Source: a virus
DNA length: 64,000 nucleotides
Direction: 5' to 3' (one strand)
IMG/VR virus record: IMGVR_UViG_3300035454_000441
Part shown: in pieces, positions 61,950-64,000 of the stretch
Numbering within the stretch: the stretch's first letter is position 1
Layout: each line of letters starts with the position of its first letter
Translations under genes and position numbers: made by a program
The notes under the pieces: generated by a model
Told to the model about the DNA's origin: nothing
Database searches by the model: none
Seen by the model: the letters and a program-made list of their open reading frames with translations, nothing else

Positions 61950-62233
61950 AGATAAATCACTTTCTTGTTGAATATGTAGATATCATATCCTACTTTTCTC
62001 ATAATGTCAATGAATGACTTTTAGAGTAAATCCTGTCATCGGTTCCACCCGTTCGTTCTTTTGCAGAGAACGTAGCCTAGACAGAGACTACCCGACAATC
62101 TTGGCTTGTCGGCATTCCAAGGATTCAACTAACATCAATCCTCAAAGCATTTTGATGTTTTTCGGGCGAAACATCTTAACCCTGTGTTTACGTCACAATC
62201 GACCACCTGCTGACCCGTGTGGTTGGGGGAAAC

Positions 62234-62307
62234 TGGAGCGGTATGAGAGAATCGAACTCTCGTTATCACGTTGGCAACGTGAAGTTTTACCATTAAACTA
62301 ATACCGC
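62234..62307 (-). tRNA. tRNA-Gly (anticodon GCC)
   Basis: Acceptor gcggtat/ataccgc, D-arm gttt-aatggtaa-aac, anticodon loop TTGCCAA, T-arm GAGAG-TTCGATT-CTCTC, CCA. Confidence 0.7.
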
Positions 62308-62308
62308 A

Positions 62309-62384
62309 TGGTGCCTTGTCTCGGAGTCGAACCAAGTTGTCTAGTGCTTCAAACTAGCGCATTGACCGCAATTGCTTACAAGGC
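62309..62384 (-). tRNA. tRNA-Phe (anticodon GAA)
   Basis: Acceptor gccttgt/acaaggc, anticodon stem ctagt/actag, loop TTGAAGC, CCA. Confidence 0.7.
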
Positions 62385-62526
62385 ATAAAAGATTATCTAG
62401 TCCCAACGGAGCCGCGCGGTACGTTGTTTGTAGTAGGTTGACTGAACGAGTCGAGTGGCCAAACCCAACATCTAGTGTCATTTAACTCACGCCGTCGGTC
62501 GTTGACTCCGTGGTGAGACCTATAGA

Positions 62527-62609
62527 CTAGACAAATTGGCACGGACGTGAGGAATCGAACCCCTTACAAATGGTTTTGGAGGCCATCTCAGTTCCCAAAC
62601 TGATTCAAG
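62527..62609 (-). tRNA. tRNA-Trp (anticodon CCA)-like, with about 8 extra nt between the acceptor and D stems
   Basis: Anticodon loop CTCCAAA, T-loop TTCGATT, acceptor acgggcg/cgtccgt, CCA. Confidence 0.45.
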
Positions 62610-62615
62610 TTACGC

Positions 62616-62694
62616 CCGTATTAAATGGTCAGGGAGACAGGATTCGAACCTGCGTGTTCCTCGCTCCAAACGAGACCGGACGCCCAGACTGCCG
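62616..62694 (-). tRNA. tRNA-Pro (anticodon UGG)
   Basis: Anticodon stem tctcg/cgagg, loop TTTGGAG; T-arm GCAGG-TTCGAAT-CCTGT; CCA. Confidence 0.55.
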
Positions 62695-62701
62695 GCACAC
62701 C

Positions 62702-62775
62702 CTGATGAAATTGGTTCCCACACCCGGTTACGATCCGAGGTCGGTCGGTTATCAGCCGACTGCTCTACCATTGAG
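62702..62775 (-). tRNA. tRNA-Ile (anticodon GAU), atypical T-loop ATCGTAA
   Basis: Acceptor tcccgca/tgtggga, D-arm gctc-aatggtaga-gc, anticodon stem gtcgg/ccgac, loop CTGATAA, CCA. Confidence 0.6.
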
Positions 62776-62912
62776 CTATGCGGGAATAAAAGCTGGCAGA
62801 CCATTGAACTGCCGTACCGTTTTGTTTCCAAGTCCGTCCTCCCACACTAAAGTGGCACTTCTTAGAGGCACCTCGTCCCAGTTCCGGTACTGGTTTGGAA
62901 TGGTTTTAATCT

Positions 62913-62988
62913 TGGCGACCTTGACGGGGATCGAACCCGCCGCGACTTGATAGACAGTCAAGCATCACCACCAGGTGGTCTCAAGGCC
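62913..62988 (-). tRNA. tRNA-Asp (anticodon GUC)
   Basis: Anticodon stem cttga/tcaag, loop CTGTCTA; T-arm GCGGG-TTCGATC-CCCGT; CCA. Confidence 0.6.
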
Positions 62989-63334
62989 ATAATAAGTTGA
63001 CACACTCCCAAAACGTCTTTCGGGCGATACTGGTTATCCAGTCCAATGGTGCGCTATACTTCTCACTTTGCGTCAAAGGCTCATAGGAGGAATAAGAAGC
63101 GTCGGTGTCGATTTTGGTAGAGTGTTCGCCCTTAGCAGTACAGGGTCGACCGATTTTTCACTCGCTAATGACTTTATCCGATTATTCAGCCCCACGGCAT
63201 CGCGTTTACCGGACGCTGAGGTCTATCATTAGACGAACTGCTTAACACTCCGTTTCTGGCAAGCACCCTAGGACTCTCACCTAGACCTCCCGTCATGAGC
63301 GGGCGTTCATCAACTAGAACTTGATGCTTATAAT

Positions 63335-63411
63335 TGGTAGGGAAGGCGGGAGTCGAACCCGCAGGACCTAGTTTCTAAGACTAGTATGTATGCCAATTCC
63401 ATCACAACCCC
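63335..63411 (-). tRNA. tRNA with anticodon UAG (Leu codons) but a short variable arm and an imperfect acceptor stem
   Basis: Anticodon stem ctagt/actag, loop CTTAGAA; D-loop aattggcat shared with 60548..60625; T-arm GCGGG-TTCGACT-CCCGC; CCA. Confidence 0.4.
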
Positions 63412-63456
63412 ATAATTCGCTCCGCCATGAAGCCCGTCTTTCAACATATTGAGAAT

Positions 63457-63512
63457 TACCCCAACTCGGAGTCGAACCGATTAAGAACCGTGCGCCACGG
63501 TCAGCGGAATTT
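63457..63512 (-). ncRNA. tRNA 3'-half-like fragment (T-loop TTCGACT, acceptor 3' strand ttggggt); too short for a tRNA
   Basis: Bounded by the next tRNA's CCA at 63513. Confidence 0.3.
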
Positions 63513-63588
63513 TGGTACTCCCAACGGGATTCGAACCCGTGTCTTCGCCTTGAGAGGGCGACCACCTGACCGCTAGTGAGATGGGAGC
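63513..63588 (-). tRNA. tRNA-Glu (anticodon CUC)
   Basis: Acceptor gctccca/tgggagt, anticodon stem tcgcc/ggcga, loop CTCTCAA, T-arm ACGGG-TTCGAAT-CCCGT, CCA. Confidence 0.55.
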
Positions 63589-64000
63589 GAAATGACTCTT
63601 CCCTTATACCATCCATCCGGTATAAGTTCTGTTTTCTTTATTTTTCTACTAGAAACACCATCTGTTATCCACATAGAACCAAATTGTGAGTTGCCTTCGC
63701 CTGTTTGGTGTAACGAGTTTTTCTTTCCAATGGAAGCTTTTGTTTCTTCTGTGTGTTTCTTACCTAGAAAGTTGGCACTATGTTGTTTAGCCCACTCACG
63801 ATAATGTTTTTGACCTTCCTCTGTATAACGCCAAGCTGTATTCTTGCCACCGCGGGCACGTTGTTCTTTTGTCACCACTCGATTTAGCCTGGTACCCTGA
63901 TTACCACAATTCTCGTTGATATAGTCCCAGCCACCATGACCGCCAACTTTGATGTTATATGTTGAGTTATCAGCAACAAACTCTCTACTCACCAGTACAC
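63573..64000 (-). CDS. C-terminal part of a third Seg-like GIY-YIG homing endonuclease (5' end lies beyond the window)
   Basis: NIKVGGHGGWDYIN...KKHTEETKASIGKK...GSMWITDG...IPDGWYKGR parallels the other two paralogs. Confidence 0.5.
   Translation of the reverse strand, partial: VLVSREFVADNSTYNIKVGGHGGWDYINENCGNQGTRLNRVVTKEQRARGGKNTAWRYTEEGQKHYREWAKQHSANFLGKKHTEETKASIGKKNSLHQTGEGNSQFGSMWITDGVSSRKIKKTELIPDGWYKGRVISLPSH

Noticed and set aside
1-64000. Integrase/transposase/IS element or prophage att site
   Set aside because: No recombinase-like ORF was seen. The only mobile elements are HNH and GIY-YIG homing endonuclease genes.

Overview
This 64-kb window is a densely packed stretch of a T4-like (Tevenvirinae/Schizo-T4-like) lytic phage genome, possibly from a vibriophage; that inference rests only on the NAMPT + NMNAT-Nudix pair. 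Over 95 % of it is transcribed leftwards, so genes lie on the minus strand. Coordinates are hand-indexed and probably good to about ±3 nt; tRNA boundaries and isotypes need tRNAscan-SE.

- **Positions 1-55,800** form an early/middle nucleotide-metabolism and replication region with many small genes, most of them hypothetical.
  - The recognisable genes include a GH19 endolysin, PhoH, dUTPase, T4 gp30-like ATP-dependent DNA ligase, ThyX, a PRTase-like protein, a metallophosphatase and a Dam-like N6-adenine methyltransferase.
  - Further along are a vWA protein, a PAAR (gp5.4-like) spike-tip protein, NAMPT, NMNAT-Nudix (NadM), a HAD 5'-nucleotidase, a class II-like ribonucleotide reductase, T4-type RNase H and a gp61-like primase.
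  - Less expected genes are a stand-alone CheY-like receiver domain, a radical-SAM/SPASM enzyme, an RlmN/Cfr-like radical-SAM gene split by a frameshift, and a frameshifted SPFH gene.
  - An RNA-repair / translation-rescue cluster sits directly upstream of the tRNA array. It holds a GGQ peptidyl-tRNA-hydrolase domain, a Cys-phosphatase (CX5R), an Rnl2-like RNA-ligase domain, RtcB and a CCA-adding enzyme.
  - HNH and GIY-YIG homing endonucleases are inserted at several points.
- **Positions 55,900-63,600** carry an array of about 25 minus-strand tRNA or tRNA-like genes, interleaved with HNH and Seg-like GIY-YIG endonuclease genes. Several of the tRNA-like elements are atypical or degenerate.
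- **Transcription signals.** At least 14 copies of a strong early-promoter cassette are present (TTGAC[A/T]-N17-TA[T/A][A/G][G/A]T plus a conserved initial-transcribed block, often embedded in an inverted repeat that overlaps the Shine-Dalgarno sequence). There are three clear rho-independent terminators.
- **Unexplained regions.** A 107-bp tandem repeat lies at the window start, and several large ORF-free segments do not look like ordinary spacers (23.6-24.0 kb, 25.0-25.4 kb with a tRNA 3'-half-like element, 25.7-26.1 kb, and gaps inside the tRNA array).

All calls are from reading the sequence by eye; no database search was possible.
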